A stretch of 64,000 bases of DNA from Chiloscyllium plagiosum (Eukaryota), in the NCBI RefSeq assembly GCF_004010195.1, contig NC_057718.1, positions 21,426,735 through 21,490,734 of the forward strand, given 5' to 3'. This document shows, piece by piece, positions 11,685 through 25,590 of the stretch. The notes under the pieces were generated by a model. It ran no database searches. It saw only the letters and a program-made list of their open reading frames with translations, and was not told the origin of the DNA. Made by a program: the position numbers and the translations under genes. Within the stretch, counting starts at the first letter, position 1; every line of letters starts with the position of its first letter.

Positions 11685-13067
11685 GTTGTGGTTCTGTTTG
11701 CCGAGCTGGGAATTTGTGTTGCAGACGTTTCGTCCCCTGTCTAGGTGACATCCTCAGTGCTTGAGAGCCTCCTGTGAAGTTTCCTCCGGCATTTATAGTG
11801 GTTTGAATCTGCCGCTTCCGGTTGTCAGTTCCAGCTGTCCTTTGCAGTGGTCGGAAAATTGGGTCCGGGTCAATGTGCTTATTGATTGAATCTGTGGATG
11901 AGTGCCATGCCTCTAGGAATTCCCTGGCTGTTCTCTGTTTTGGCTTGTCCTATAATAGTAGTGTTGTCCCAGTCGAATTCATGTTGCTTGTCATCTGCAT
12001 GTGTGGCTACTAAGGATAGCTGGTCGTGTCGTTTCGTGGCTAGTTGGTATTCATGGATGCGGAATGTTAGCTGTCTTCCAGTTTGTCCTATATAGTGTTT
12101 TGTGCAGTCCTTGCATGGGATTTTGTACACTACATTAGTTTTGCTCATGCTGGGTATCAGGTCCTTCGTTCTGGTGAGTTGTTGTCTGAGAGTGGCTGTT
12201 GGTGTGTGTGCTGTTAAGAGTCCTAGTGGTCCCAGTAGTCTGGCTGTCAGTTCGGAAGTGCTCTTGATGTATGGTAGTGTGGCTAGATCTTTGGGTTGCA
12301 GCATGTCCTCATTCCGTTGTCTTTTCCTTAGGCATCTGTTGATGAAATTGCGGGGGTATCNNNNNNNNNNNNNNNNNNNNNNNNNNNNNNNNNNNNNNNN
12401 NNNNNNNNNNNNNNNNNNNNNNNNNNNNNNNNNNNNNNNNNNNNNNNNNNNNNNNNNNNNNNNNNNNNNNNNNNNNNNNNNNNNNNNNNNNNNNNNNNNN
12501 NNNNNNNNNNNNNNNNNNNNNNNNNNNNNNNNNNNNNNNNNNNNNNNNNNNNNNNNNNNNNNNNNNNNNNNNNNNNNNNNNNNNNNNNNNNNNNNNNNNN
12601 NNNNNNNNNNNNNNNNNNNNNNNNNNNNNNNNNNNNNTCCGCATCCATGAACACCAACTAGCCACGAAACGACACGACCAGCTATCCTTAGTAGCCACAC
12701 ACGCAGATGACAGGCAACGTGAGTTCGACTGGGACAACACTACTATTATTGGACAAGCCAAACAGAGAACAGCCAGGGGATTCTTAGAGGCATGGCACTC
12801 ATTCACAGATTCAATCAATAAGCACATCAACCTGGACCCAATATACCGGCCACTGCAACGGACAGCTGGAACTGACAACCGGAAACGGCAGATTCAAACC
12901 TCTATAAATGCCGGAGGAAACATCACAGAAGTGCTTCACAGGAGGCTCCCAAGCACTGAGGATGTCACCTAGACAGGGGATGAAACGTCTGCAACACAAA
13001 TTTCCAGCTCCGCGAACTGAACCACAACAACGAGCACCCGAGCTACAAATCTTCTCACAAACTTTGA
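11685..13067. mobile_element. Penelope-like insertion with inverted arms and a 13-bp TSD (gap in the middle)
   Basis: ACAGGAGGAAACT at 11672-11684 and 13068-13080. GIY-YIG motif [21 protein letters not shown]. Hammerhead motif in both arms. Confidence 0.9.
11721..11760 (-). ncRNA. Minimal type I hammerhead ribozyme motif (sister copy at 12953-12992, plus strand)
   Basis: GCA-CTGAGGA-TGTCACCTAGACAGGGGAC-GAAA-CGTC-TGC: stem I GCA/TGC, GUC triplet. Confidence 0.78.
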
Positions 13068-13974
13068 ACAGGAGGAAACTACTGAGCAAGAGAAGTGTCT
13101 GTATGCAATTCTGCAACTAATCCACAGACTATAAAAATGTCAAATCCCCTTTTATTATAAATATATCCTGTTCATGATGGAGTGTTTTCTTACAATAATT
13201 GTATGGTTCACAGAAGTATTGTCCGATTACAGCTCTTTGTACAAAGTAAATGACTAAAGATAAAGAAGCACCTGAAAAAATTACAAGGGATATGTTATGC
13301 ACTAGACCAGAGATTTATTCTCAGCCTTAGTGATTACTCTTAGGAATTGGTGTATATTCTCCCTTAAAAGCAACAGTCAAAAACAAGGCAGATACTGGAA
13401 AGATTGACTTTGCTTGACTTTTTCCTATCCACGAAGTCCACAATGTCAACTTTTAGAATTTCAAAACTCCCAAGTCTGATTAACTAAAGGTGTCAGCACT
13501 TCTTAAAAATTGCATTGGTCATACATGATTACAATACTACCATATAAATATATAATATATGTGATGATGCCATCTATGGTGTGGGAGGATATAGGTTGGG
13601 ATGCATTGTTTACAATAAACAGATCTAATAAATTCATATGTTTAATTAATTGAGGTATGTTTACGGAATAAATCTTAAGCAAGAACTGCAACAACAATTG
13701 CTATTTCCTAATTGATTAGCAGAAGTGTCAGTCATAAATAACAGAATGAAAAGTGCCTGAGTAGCTGTAAAAATGAAATAGTTTCCTACAAACACCAAAT
13801 TTCGATTTTTAAATTTTCAGTATGTCTTCCAAACAATCCATCCTGCACCACAAAGCTGAAAAATGTTCAGGAACTGAATTCGCCATGGTAATATTATATT
13901 GGTGAAGATAAAATTTTACGCTCTTCATGCACATATTTATTAAAAAAATACACTTATACAAAAAAAACATTTAA

Positions 13975-14400
13975 GGAGAGGCTGAATTTGGGGCTATTTT
14001 CCCCTCGAGCATTGGAGGCTGAGGGGTGACATTATGGAAGTTTATAAAATTATGGGGGGCATGGATAGGTTGAATAGCCATGGTCCTTTCTTCAGGGGAG
14101 GAGAGTTCAAAATTAGAGCGAACAGGTTTAAGGTGAGAAGGGAAAGATTTAAAAAAGGTACCTAAGGGGCAACTTTTTAACGCACATAGTGGTGCGTGTA
14201 TGAAATAAGCTGGGAAGAGGTTCAGGAAGCTGGTACAATTACAACATTTAAAAGGCATCTGGATGGGTATATGAACAGAAAGGATTTAGGGGGATATGGG
14301 CCAAATGCTGGTAAATGAGACTAGATTAATTGCAAATATCTGATTGGCATGTTCGAGTTGGACCAAAGGGTCTGTTTCCATGATGTACATCTTTATGATG
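13975..14400 (+). mobile_element. CR1 LINE 3' end
   Basis: Same 3' region and tail (ggaccaaagggtctgtttcc) as the copies at 40080-42375 and 63490-63855. Confidence 0.85.
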
Positions 14401-14401
14401 A

Positions 14402-14692
14402 GATTAGATTCCCTACAGTGTGGAAACAGGCCCTTCGGCCCAACCAGTCCACACCGACCCTCCAAAGAGTAACCCACCCAGACCCATTTCCCTCTGACTA
14501 ATGCCACCTAACACGGCAATTTAACATGGCCAATTCACCTGAACTGCACATCTTTGGACTGTGGGAGGAAATCCACGCAGACACGGGGAGAATGTGCAAA
14601 CTCCACACAGACAGTCATCTGAGGCTGGAATCAAACCTGGGACCTTGGTGCTGTGAGGCAGCAGTGCTAATCACTGAGTCACCATGCCACCC
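14402..14692 (-). mobile_element. HE1-like tRNA-derived SINE
   Basis: A-box-like GTGACTCAGTGATTAGC and B-box-like GGTTTGATTCC, with a CR1-like tail gggccgaagggcctgtttccacactgtagg. Multiple copies in the window. Confidence 0.85.
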
Positions 14693-15464
14693 TAGATTCT
14701 AACTGATCTGGCTGGCAGCTTTGAATTGAATCCCTGCAGTGTGGAAACAGGCCTTTTGAAATATAGGTTACCCATCTGAGATGAAACTATACCAACAGAT
14801 GTTATGTCATTATCTACATTAATGGAATCCATGTCATAATTAATATTTTTGTGGTAAACCTAAGGGCAGCATTTTCATTATATACACAAATGAATATTGT
14901 TTAAAAGAAATCTGGTCCATTGTTAAAAACAGGAATTGCTACATTAACTTCCATAGTATCAGGACTGCCATGCTTGTGACAACGTCATAATTGTTAAAAT
15001 ATATAAAAGCTTCTGTGGTAGCAAATTAAAGCAAACATCTATTGTCAGAATTTCTGCATATGTCATTTGCTCCATTTAAGATTTAATTGACCAATAAATC
15101 ACAAGGATTAATTTTGACTTTTTCTCAATACTCCATAATTAGTCATGTGACAGCACAGCATTTGGTTTGTAAACAAGACACTTAGTAAAATTAATCAACC
15201 CTAACCAGTGAGATTTTCTGTACACTTTTATCTCATTGCCAAATTGCTTGCATCCTTATTAACCAGTTTACATACATCCAATACAGAAAATAGTACATGC
15301 ATTATCTTTCCTTCATTGATATTTCAAACAAAATAAATCTGAATGTTAAAATAACTTCCCATTTGCATCTATTGACAATTAACAGTGCATTGAATAAATA
15401 ATGCATTTTAATTTTTTAAAAATTGTGTTAAATGATTGCTGGAAACATGAGAAAGAGAAGGCAA

Positions 15465-15622
15465 TCAATATTGTGGGAAAGTTGGATCAATCTTACAAGC
15501 CCAAGCCATTAGGCCACCCTGGATATCCTTCACCGATAACGAGGAGAGCTCATTGTCAAGTATCTCTTGCAGGATCTTAACAGCCTTCTGGGAATCATTC
15601 CCTTGTTTACAGATAACATAGA
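15465..15622 (-). CDS. MOCS3: MOCS3 last coding exon, 158 nt: [51 protein letters not shown]
   Basis: Acceptor cctttaacttaacag, rhodanese active-site loop CKQGND, GGLMAW motif, terminal FPQY, TGA at 15467-15465. Confidence 0.97.
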
Positions 15623-18600
15623 CTGTTAAGTTAAAGGAAAAGGAATTAGGTCATTGCACCTGTTGGAACAACATTATCATTACAAGACAAATCATTAATA
15701 ATGGCTCAAAATTTAGAGATTATCATTTGACCAATTTGTTGTTAGGGCTAATACAAATGTTGTAGCATTTTCAAAAGATCAGCAGCTCTCTCTTCTGATG
15801 ATAAATGGTAACAATTCGCTGATAAAATATACAGTATTGAACAAAATGATTTGAGGAAAATGTTGTGAAAACTTGAAATGTAGATTTTTTAAAATTAGTT
15901 TTGGTTACTATTTTCATAGGAGGCTGAAATACTACCCAACATACACTAGAGAGTTTAGTAAAGAGTGCCCCCTGCTGATGGAAGTTCAAACTGATTTATC
16001 CAAGATAAAGGAAGAGGTGGTGTACACTTGGCAATAACTTGCATGTTTGTGGTCTATGATGAAGTAAAAGTTATCAAACATTTGATGCCGAGAAGCATAA
16101 AAGCAATATTATGAAAGGTGACCATAAACTTGGGCTGAACAAGCCGACTTTAAAGGTGTATCTTAAAAGGAGGAAAGAGAAGTGAAGAGAGAGAATTAGC
16201 AAAGGGCTCATCAGCTGATGATACAGATGGCCATTTAGCCCATTGAGTCTGCTCAATCATTCGATCATAAATGATCTGTTTCTCAGTCTTGTTCTCTTGC
16301 TTCTTTCCAGTATCCTTTGGTCCCCTTACTAACGAAGAACCCATCTATCTCAGTCTGACATACATTTAATGACTTGGCCTCTGCAGCAATGAGCTCCACA
16401 AATTCATTACCCTCTGGCTGAAGAAATTCTTCACCATCTCAGTAGCAAAGGGTCATCCCTTTACTCTGAAGCTGTGCCCTTAGGTCCCAGTCTCTCCTAC
16501 TAGTGGAATCATCTTCTTCAAATCCACTCTATCCAGGCCTCTCAGTATGCTGTAAGTTGAGATTGCCTCATGCTTCTAAACTTCATCAAGTACAAACGTC
16601 CTCAACCACTCCTCATACAACAAGCGTGAGATTCCTGAGATCATACCTGTAAATGTCCTCTGCACCTCCTCAAATGCTAGCACATCCCTCCTTAGATACA
16701 GGGCCCAAAATTGCTCACAATATTCCAAGTGCCATCTGACCAGAGATCCATCTCAAAGCCCCATCAGTACATATTTGCTTTTGTATTCTACCCCTCTTGA
16801 AATGAATGCTAACATTGCACTTACCTTTCTAACTGCCAACTGAACCTGAACCTTAAGAGAACCCTGAACTAGGATTCCTAAGCTCTTTTGTGCTTAAGAT
16901 ATGAAAAGCCTTTCTCCATTTAGACACTTCTACTTTTCCTACCAAAACGCATAGTGTCACACTTTCCCAAATTACATTCCATCTGCCACTTTCTTGCCCA
17001 CTCACCTAGCCTGTCCAAGTCTTTCTGCAGCCTTCCCACATCCTCAAACCTACCTGTCTCTCCATCTATTTTTGTATCATCTGCCAACTTAACAATACTC
17101 TCAGTTCCACAAGATCATTACAATGTAAAACATGAATAGTTATGGTCCTAACACTGACCCCTGCAGAATTCCACTACTCACGAGATGCCATCCTGAAAAA
17201 AAGACCCCTTTATCCCTACTGTGTGCCTAAAGTTGTCCTGGTTGAAACCTATAAATTAGCAATGACAAAGAGACCAGGATTGGAATAACACAAAAATCAA
17301 GGAAGGTGATAGATGTGAAGGAGATGACAGAGAGGTGTGATTCACTTGAGGTGTAAACAGTTTTTTTAAAATGTGAGGCCCAGTCAGACTAGTAGCCAGT
17401 ACATATAACAAGTGGATGGGATGATGGGTGTTGGTGACTTGGCAATTTAGGATATGGGCCACACAGCTTAGAGTTAACCAAAATGTACAGAGGGTGTATA
17501 TGAGAGAGGTCAGCTACAAGAGCAATGGAATACTAGAGTTCAGAACAAACAGAAACACAGATAAGAGTTTCAGCAATAAATGGGCTGAGGCAATACCAAA
17601 GATAGGCCATATTATAGATGGTATAGGCAGTCTTGGTAATAGAAGATGTGGGAGTCAGAATCCCAGCTCAGGGTCAAATAGAATTCAGGGGTTGAAATAG
17701 TCTGATTCATCCTCAGATAATGACTAGTGAGGGCTGAGATTGGTGAATAGGCAGTACACGTTTATATTTAATACAGAAATTCCTAAAATAAAATGTCACT
17801 TATTCCATTTGACAATCTATACTACAATTAAAGCACAACTTCTGGCACTCCAGTACCTATCAATCTGTAGTTAAATTAGAATATTTTGCAATAATGCTTT
17901 TTCTGTTCTTCCTTTAATTCAAATGCATTAATTATCAAAAAACAAGCTCACTCTAACCTCTCAGTTCAGAGAATGAGATTTTTAACCACAGAGTTCAAAA
18001 TTAACTTGGATTAAATTTAGTGCTCAGGTTACCCATAACAATGTTTCAGGAAAATGTTCAATCCATCCCCATGCAGCACAACTAACCAAACAGAAGTATT
18101 CAGGTTTATCAGACATGATTGCATTATACTCCTATCAGGTCACATGGACTTGAGACAATCAGATTACTTGTACTGAAGCACTGGTGACTGACTACACTAA
18201 GCTCCAGACATAACAAAATGAAATTCTAATCCTGAAAAGAGCAGTCTAAATATTTATTGTGGTTCTGCAATAATGGATCTGTTCACACCACGTGAACAGA
18301 ATGCAAGCTCTTTTTAAAAATAAAATCTTTATCATCAATTGCAGCACAAATTGCATCTAAAATGTGTTTTCTATTGCTGGACTAAAAACCTGCACCTGTT
18401 CTCAGGTTTTATATGTAATTCATATTCATTATGGCCTATAGTGCTTAGTATAAAACCAAGTATCTGATTAGATTTTTAGCATTCAAGATGTTTCTTTTTC
18501 ATGCTGTGCGAACCTGAATCCATAAATCTAATTGTTCCATGTTACCCAATTTTCTCTCATTTACAGTATAATTCTTACTTTTATCTTTTAAAACATTCCA

Positions 18601-21600
18601 TTTCACACTTACCGGCATTGAATTCCATTTTCCACTTTCTTGCTCATTCTATAGTGATTTCTCTTAACTCCAATAGTAATTTTTAATGCCCTACATGATG
18701 TCACCCCCTCCTTAGTTCTGGAACTGCAACCATCCTAAAACCTAACCAATAGCTCTCTGCTGTTCGGATTTCAACCTCTTTTTGGGCCACAATTAATCTC
18801 AGTGCCTTTAGCCATTATGGTCTACAACATGGAATTGCCTCACTGAATCCCTCAATCTCCCTTTCCTATAAAGACTGTTCTAGAAATCTATCAAGCTTTT
18901 CATCATTGTTTGTTTATAATTTTATTTTGGCACAGCTTTGTTTGGCTTAAGCTCTGATAGCTTTGTTTTGCATTAAAGGCAGTATTACAAGTGTGTTTGT
19001 GTGCCAAGTGCTGTGCCTATACTTAACAATTTTTTAAAAATAAAGGCTACAAAGTAGGCCAACCTCAATTAATCTTGATTATTTCTCTGCCAGGTCATTA
19101 CAAAATATTTAGATAACAATGTTTAGATTAGGGAATAACACAGTAAATGATGATTGGTGGAGGAGAGCTAAAAAATGAATACAAAAATTGACCAAATTAC
19201 ACACAGAAGTGCAAAAATGACTTATGTTCATTGCCAAACTCCTAGCTCTGTGGGGTACAATAAATATAGGTTTAGAGTTATAGAGTTATAAGGATGATGA
19301 TAAAACATGAAACAAAAACAAAGTTTTTGAGAAACTCAGCAGGTTTGGCAGCATGACTTAAAGGAAAGATGCAAACGTAGTCAAATTTGCAGATGACACA
19401 AAAATATGTAGAAAGGCAAGAGAGATACAAAACAGTTTACAGAGATCTTAATAGGTTACGTAAGTGAGCAAGAAGTTGGCAAATGGAGTGTAATGTGGAA
19501 CAAAGAAAAACTGTTCATTTTGGAAGGGATAACAAAAGAACAGACTTGGAAGCACTTATACTGTATGAAACACAAAGCTAGCACACAGGTGCAGAAGATA
19601 ATTAGGAAGGCTAACGGAATGTTGGCCCTTATTTCAAGATGGATGGAGCGTAAGAGTAAGGAAGTCTTACTGCAACTGTAAAAGATACTGGTGAGACAAC
19701 ACTTGGAGTACTGACATCAGTCTTGGTCCCCTTCTTTAAGGAAATTATAGTACTTAATTCAGGCAGTTCAGAGAAGAGTTCTCGGTAGGACTTTCACAAA
19801 GCCATCAGAGACGCCAAGAGACAATACCAGACTAAGCTAGAGTCTCAGACTAACCAAATGAACACACATCGAATGTGGCAAGGCTACAATATAATGGACT
19901 ACAAAACAACGTTGAATAGAATTGCTGACAACAACAGATCCCTTCCCAATGAGCTCAATGTATTCAATGTTCTTTTTGAACAGGCCAGTGAAATGATATC
20001 ATCTGGCCCAACAGCCTTGGGCGCACCTGCATCCAGTCACCTCCGCAGATGTCAGATTGGCCTCGAGGTGAACCCACGGATTGCAACTGGCCCGGATGGA
20101 GACCCCAGCCACACATTCAGGTCCTGAGTGGACCAGCTGGCTGGAGAATTTGCAAACATCTTTAACCACTCTGTACTATGGTGTAAGATCCAACCCCTCT
20201 GCTTTCTCAGAAATATCAGAAATTTGGCATATCCACAATGATTCTTACCAATTTTTATAGGTACAGAGGAAACTCGATTATCTGAATTCCAATTATCCGA
20301 AAATCGGATTATCCGAAGGAGATCTCGAGGTCCCGATGGAAACATTACATCAAAGACGTGTTTCCAGCAGTGATCGTGTCTTTTGTTTACAGGGATTAAA
20401 CAGGCACCGTCTCCAAATGACTGACCTCCCACCTCTCTCTCTCACAGACACAATCGCCTCACACTTTCCCTGGAGTTCTACAGAGGGGTGTACCCTAACC
20501 CCCCTGCCCTGCTTCCCAGGAATAATCTCTCCAACATTGCCCTGCACAGGGCAAAGAGTAAACCGGTCAAAAATTTGCAGTAAAACGTTGTGTGTGGGTG
20601 TGTGTGTGCGCGTGCGTGTCTGTGCGCTATTTGGAGATTTATCTCACAAAGGCAGCGGCAGCAGCAGCAGAGGGGGGGGGGGGTATTGGTGGTGGGGTCT
20701 CGCACACTGTGTGCTGCTGCAGTCTCCTGAATAGGGAGCAGACTTTAAAATTGAGCCCCAGAGGAAAGCCTTTTAATCGAGTTTCCGAATAATCGATTAA
20801 CTGAAAGAAATACTGCCCGCCCATCATGTTCAGATAATCGCGATTCCACTGTACACCATAGAACACATCCAGTTTGGCATGGCAAATACAAAAACAGAAG
20901 TTTCTGGAAAAGCAACTATTGCTCGAACTCCCCCATGTCCTAGCCCCTTACCACATACTCCAGGTCTTGTTATCATAAAGTCATCCATTACACACTACCT
21001 ATTGTTAGTCAGTAACACTTCCCATTACCAGCTATCCACCCTCCCAGCCTGATCATTATCGACTCCTTTGTCCAACTGTTCTTCTCTCTCTTTGGGCTCT
21101 ATTCCTACCTATCATTTACTCCTCACCCTCTTTCCCCCCCCACCTGATCTTCTGCATATAAACTGACAGTTTTCGAGCTACCATTAGTTCTGAGGAATGG
21201 TCACCACACCTGAAATATTAATTTTGATTTTGCTTCAAAGATGCTACTAGATGTGCTGAATATTTCCAGCAACTTCTGTTTCTGATTTACAGCATCCACA
21301 TCTTTTGGTTTTTATTTGGTAAGGCAACTACTCTGCCCAAGATTGCAAGAAATTGCAAAAGATGGAAACACAGCCCAGTCCATCACAAACACCAGCCTTC
21401 CTTCCACTAACTCTGTCTACACTTGCTACTGCCTTGGGAAAACAGCTATCATAATGAAGGACCCTCCCACCCAGTGATTAGCTCCTCAACCTTCTTCCAT
21501 TGAATAGAAGATACAGAGGTCTGAAAGAAGCATACAAACAAATGCAAGAACAACTTCTTTCCCTGTGTTATCAGACTTATGAACAGACCTGTCATATTAG

Positions 21601-24600
21601 GTGACCTTTCTCTGCACCTTTTCTATGATGTATCCATAAAAATTGGTAAGAATCATTGTGGATATGCCAAATTTCCCTAGTCTTCTGAGGAAGCAGAGGG
21701 GTTGGTGTAGTTTCTTGACCATGGTATTGATGTGGATGGACTAGGATAGATTGTTGGTGATATTTCCTCCTAGGATCTTGAAGCTCTTGACCACTCCACC
21801 TCAGCACTAATGATACAGACAGGGGCATGTCCTCCACTTCACTGCATGTAATAGATAACCAGCTCCTTCATTTTGCTGACATTGAGGGAGATATTGTTGC
21901 TTTAACCCCATGTCATCAAGCTGTGCATCTATTTCTTGTACTCTGTCTTGCTGTTGTCTGAGATTCCATCCACAACAGTGGCATCACGAGCAAGTGTAAT
22001 AATTTATTCTGCATTCTATTCTATTACCCTGATGTACTTATTAAAGGTAAGATTTATCTGGTTAGCATAAAAAAAGTACTTTTAACTTTGCCTTGGTACA
22101 TGTGACAAAAATAAGTCAAATCAAAGAAGGTTCACTTGCATGATCCCCAGTATGGAAGGGTTGTTTTAGAAGCAAAGGTTAAACAGGTTGGGACTCCGTT
22201 CATTGAGGTAAGCTCTCATTCTTTTAAGTTCCATTGAAACATACAGGAGGCTTAATGGGCTTGAAAGGCAAATGAGGAGAGGATGTTTCCCTCATGGAAG
22301 AGTCTAGAACCAGAGGAATAGTCTCAGAATAAAGGGGCACCAAGACAAGCCTGAGATGAGGAGGAATTTTGTCTCTCGCAGGATGGAATGTCTTTGGAAA
22401 TCCTTGACACAAAGATTCTGCCTGCACGACTCTATGTATATTTAAGGTTGAGATCTATAGATTATTGGTTAGTAGGGGAGGTTGAGGGTTACAGACAAAA
22501 GGCAGGAAAGTAGGCATGAGGAAAATTGGATCAGCCATGATCTGCTGAATAGCCAAGAAGGCTCTGAGGGCTGAATGGCCTATTCCTGTTCCTATTTCTT
22601 ACAATCTTGTGGTTATCTATAGAAAGTTAAGATTTTGAGTCCACTGACACTCCATAAGAATTGAAAGTAGCTGGGAAATGGTGCTATTATGCTGATGACT
22701 TTTGGGAGGGAGAATGGGTGAGATGAATAGAAAACCTGGAGATCGTCTTGATGTGTTCTGTTCACTCCTTTCTCCATGCCCATCTTCCTCCCATCACACA
22801 CAAATACCCAACTTCCTCACCTTACACTGCAATCATATCATATTATTTAACACCATTTAAAACTGCACAGTATTTCATGTTTTACCAAGCTAATATGTGA
22901 AAAACACTTACATTAATTTTCACCTCTTCTCACTAGCGAAAGCAATCTTTCATTAGTTACCCACTCAAAATATTTCACATTAGTCAAGACAGATTTTTGA
23001 TCTCCAATGAAGTCAAAGGTGGGGAGCAGGCAGGAAGGTGGAGTCAAAGCCACACTAGATCACCTATGATCTTACTGAGTGGCAGAACAGATTCATGAGA
23101 TCTATTCCAGTTCTTTTTCTCCCCCCCAACAATATCATTTTGAATACTTCTACAGATCATCTTTAATTTCTACTTTCTAAAAGAAAAATAAAATATTTTT
23201 CAAAGGTCTTGTTCATAACTATAGCCTCTCATTCCTGCTATAAGAACCTAAGAAATAGAAGCAGGAGAAGACCATAAGCCCATAGCCCATTATTCTCATA
23301 AACCAAAAATATATTGCAGTCTTAAATATACTTAATAACAGAACATCCACATTTCTCTACAGTAGACAATTCAAACTATTAACAATGCTCCGAGTGAAGA
23401 TACTTATCATTTCACTCCCAGCCAAGGGAAACAAGTGCACAGTATCAAGCACCTTCAGAACCTTGCATGTTTCAATGAGATAATCCCTTATTCTTTAAAT
23501 TTTAGCAAGTATAAACACAAATTACTCAGCATTCGGTAACAGGGCAGCCTTTTATCCAAGGAAGCAATCTGGAGAACTTGTTCCGCCTCCAATGCAATCC
23601 TTCCTTAGAAAGACTCCAACGTGATATCACCAAAGCACTACACAATTGCAGCAAGACTTCTTATTCTTGTACTTCAATTCCCTAACAACATGATCATTTC
23701 CTTTGTAACTGTCTGTTGTATTGAGTGTTTCCTCTAACTTGCATGGCTGCTGAGTTCCTCCAAGGTTCAGCGCATGCTTACCATCATGCCAACGCACTTA
23801 GGTCCAGTTTCAAAAAAAAAATCCACAGCCACACGTGACCTTGGGAGGTCAATGTACTAAAAATTACTGTATTGATTGTAATTTATAATGCTTCCAGTGG
23901 CACTTTACCAAATGCTTTTGGAAATCAGAACACAAGAATATAAGAACTTGGAGCAGGACTAGGCAATTCAGCCCTTCAATCCTGCTCCATCATTTGATAC
24001 AATCATGGCTGATCTCACCTTCCCCTCAACTCCACTTTCCTATCCATTCTCCACAATCCTTCAATCTATTACTAATTAAAAACCTGTTTGTCTACCTCCT
24101 CCTTAAATTTAGTCAATGCCCTAGCATCCATTGCACTTTGGATAAGTGTATATAATATATACTACATCCACTTGATTCTCTTGTTCTATCCTGATAGTTA
24201 CATTGTTAGAAAACTCTAACTTGTCAAATACCTGTTGTAGGACAATCATGAAGACATTGGATTATACTATAATTTTCTAAGTGCACTGTCAAGAACTCCA
24301 CTCCAGCACTGTCCTGATGACTGATGTCAGGCATAGTTCTAATATGTACTTCATGTACATTTATAAGTTTTCTATTATCCTTCATGTAATAGGTTTCGTA
24401 AAATTCCATGAAATTATTAACTTTCGTTTGAAAGCATTCATGTTCGTGAGTCAGAAAATTGCATTAACTAATGACCAAAATTGACTGTCTACCATGGAAC
24501 TCAGTGATACCTTGCGCACACAAATTTACTGCTGTTTGCCTACAAACTAATAACAATACTTTAAACAATAGTTAATTGGCCATAAGACATCTGGCTAATG

Positions 24601-25542
24601 TAAATTTTTTTTCAATCTCCCAACTGTTGTCAAACCATTGTCTTGGCTAAATTTAACATCACCTCCTTGCTATTATGTGTACTATGTGCATACATAAAAT
24701 CAAACACAAAAACAGGATAGAAACAGCTAGGGGTACAAATAGTGATTTTCTTAAAGGTGACAATTTTGGCAGAACTCCCATTGTATTCCCTACATCTGTA
24801 CACTCAGTGACATCCTCAAATAATTCATTAAAATTTAATAGAGCCTCACTACTCAACAGCCCTTGGATTTTGTAATGTTCTGGAAGTCAGTTTAATTCTA
24901 GAACTTTATTGTCTTTTAATTTTCTCTTATACCTTGCTTTTCTTAAGGAGACACCACTACCTGAAAAACAGAACTCATGACAAAGATTTTTGTTTATATT
25001 ATTGTTTCACTAGTTTTCCTTTAGGCAACCCTTCCACATTATTATGTTACAAGCAAGAACTCAATAAATATATTTAAGCTAAGGACATAAAAGCTAACAT
25101 GCATGTAATGTGGTTTTTATTAAATTCTGTAACTGGAGAGGAACAATAGAATGATAGAAAAGCAAATCTATTTCATGTTCATCAAAGCCTTGTGTTTTAC
25201 CTTAATCAGCAGGTTACGTCCTTCTCCAAAACTTGGATTTGGGATCCAAAATGCCATTTCAATATTGAAGGGATGTTGAGATGGAGATAGCCAGAGAAAG
25301 AGCAAAGGCATTGTGTCAAAATGTTTTGCCTCTGTGAGAAGGATTGTCAAAGAATACAGCAGGATGTAGATAGATTGCTGATTTGGGCAGAGGAATGGCA
25401 ATTGGAGTTTCTTCTGGACAAATATGAGGTGATGTATTTTGAAAGATCAAATTCAGGTACACACTCTGTACACACAGACCAAGAGCGCCATCAACTGAAC
25501 TATGACAAAGTAATCATTCTAGAACAAGTTAACCAGAGACAT

Positions 25543-25590
<48 letters not shown>

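Noticed and set aside
11879..12878. Long ORFs spanning N runs (also 53871-54316)
   Set aside because: Artefacts of assembly gaps within repeats.
13936..15087. MOCS3 polyadenylation signal (ATTAAA at 15087-15082 or AATAAA at 13941-13936, minus strand)
   Set aside because: Such hexamers are common in AT-rich DNA, and I cannot choose between them without transcript data.
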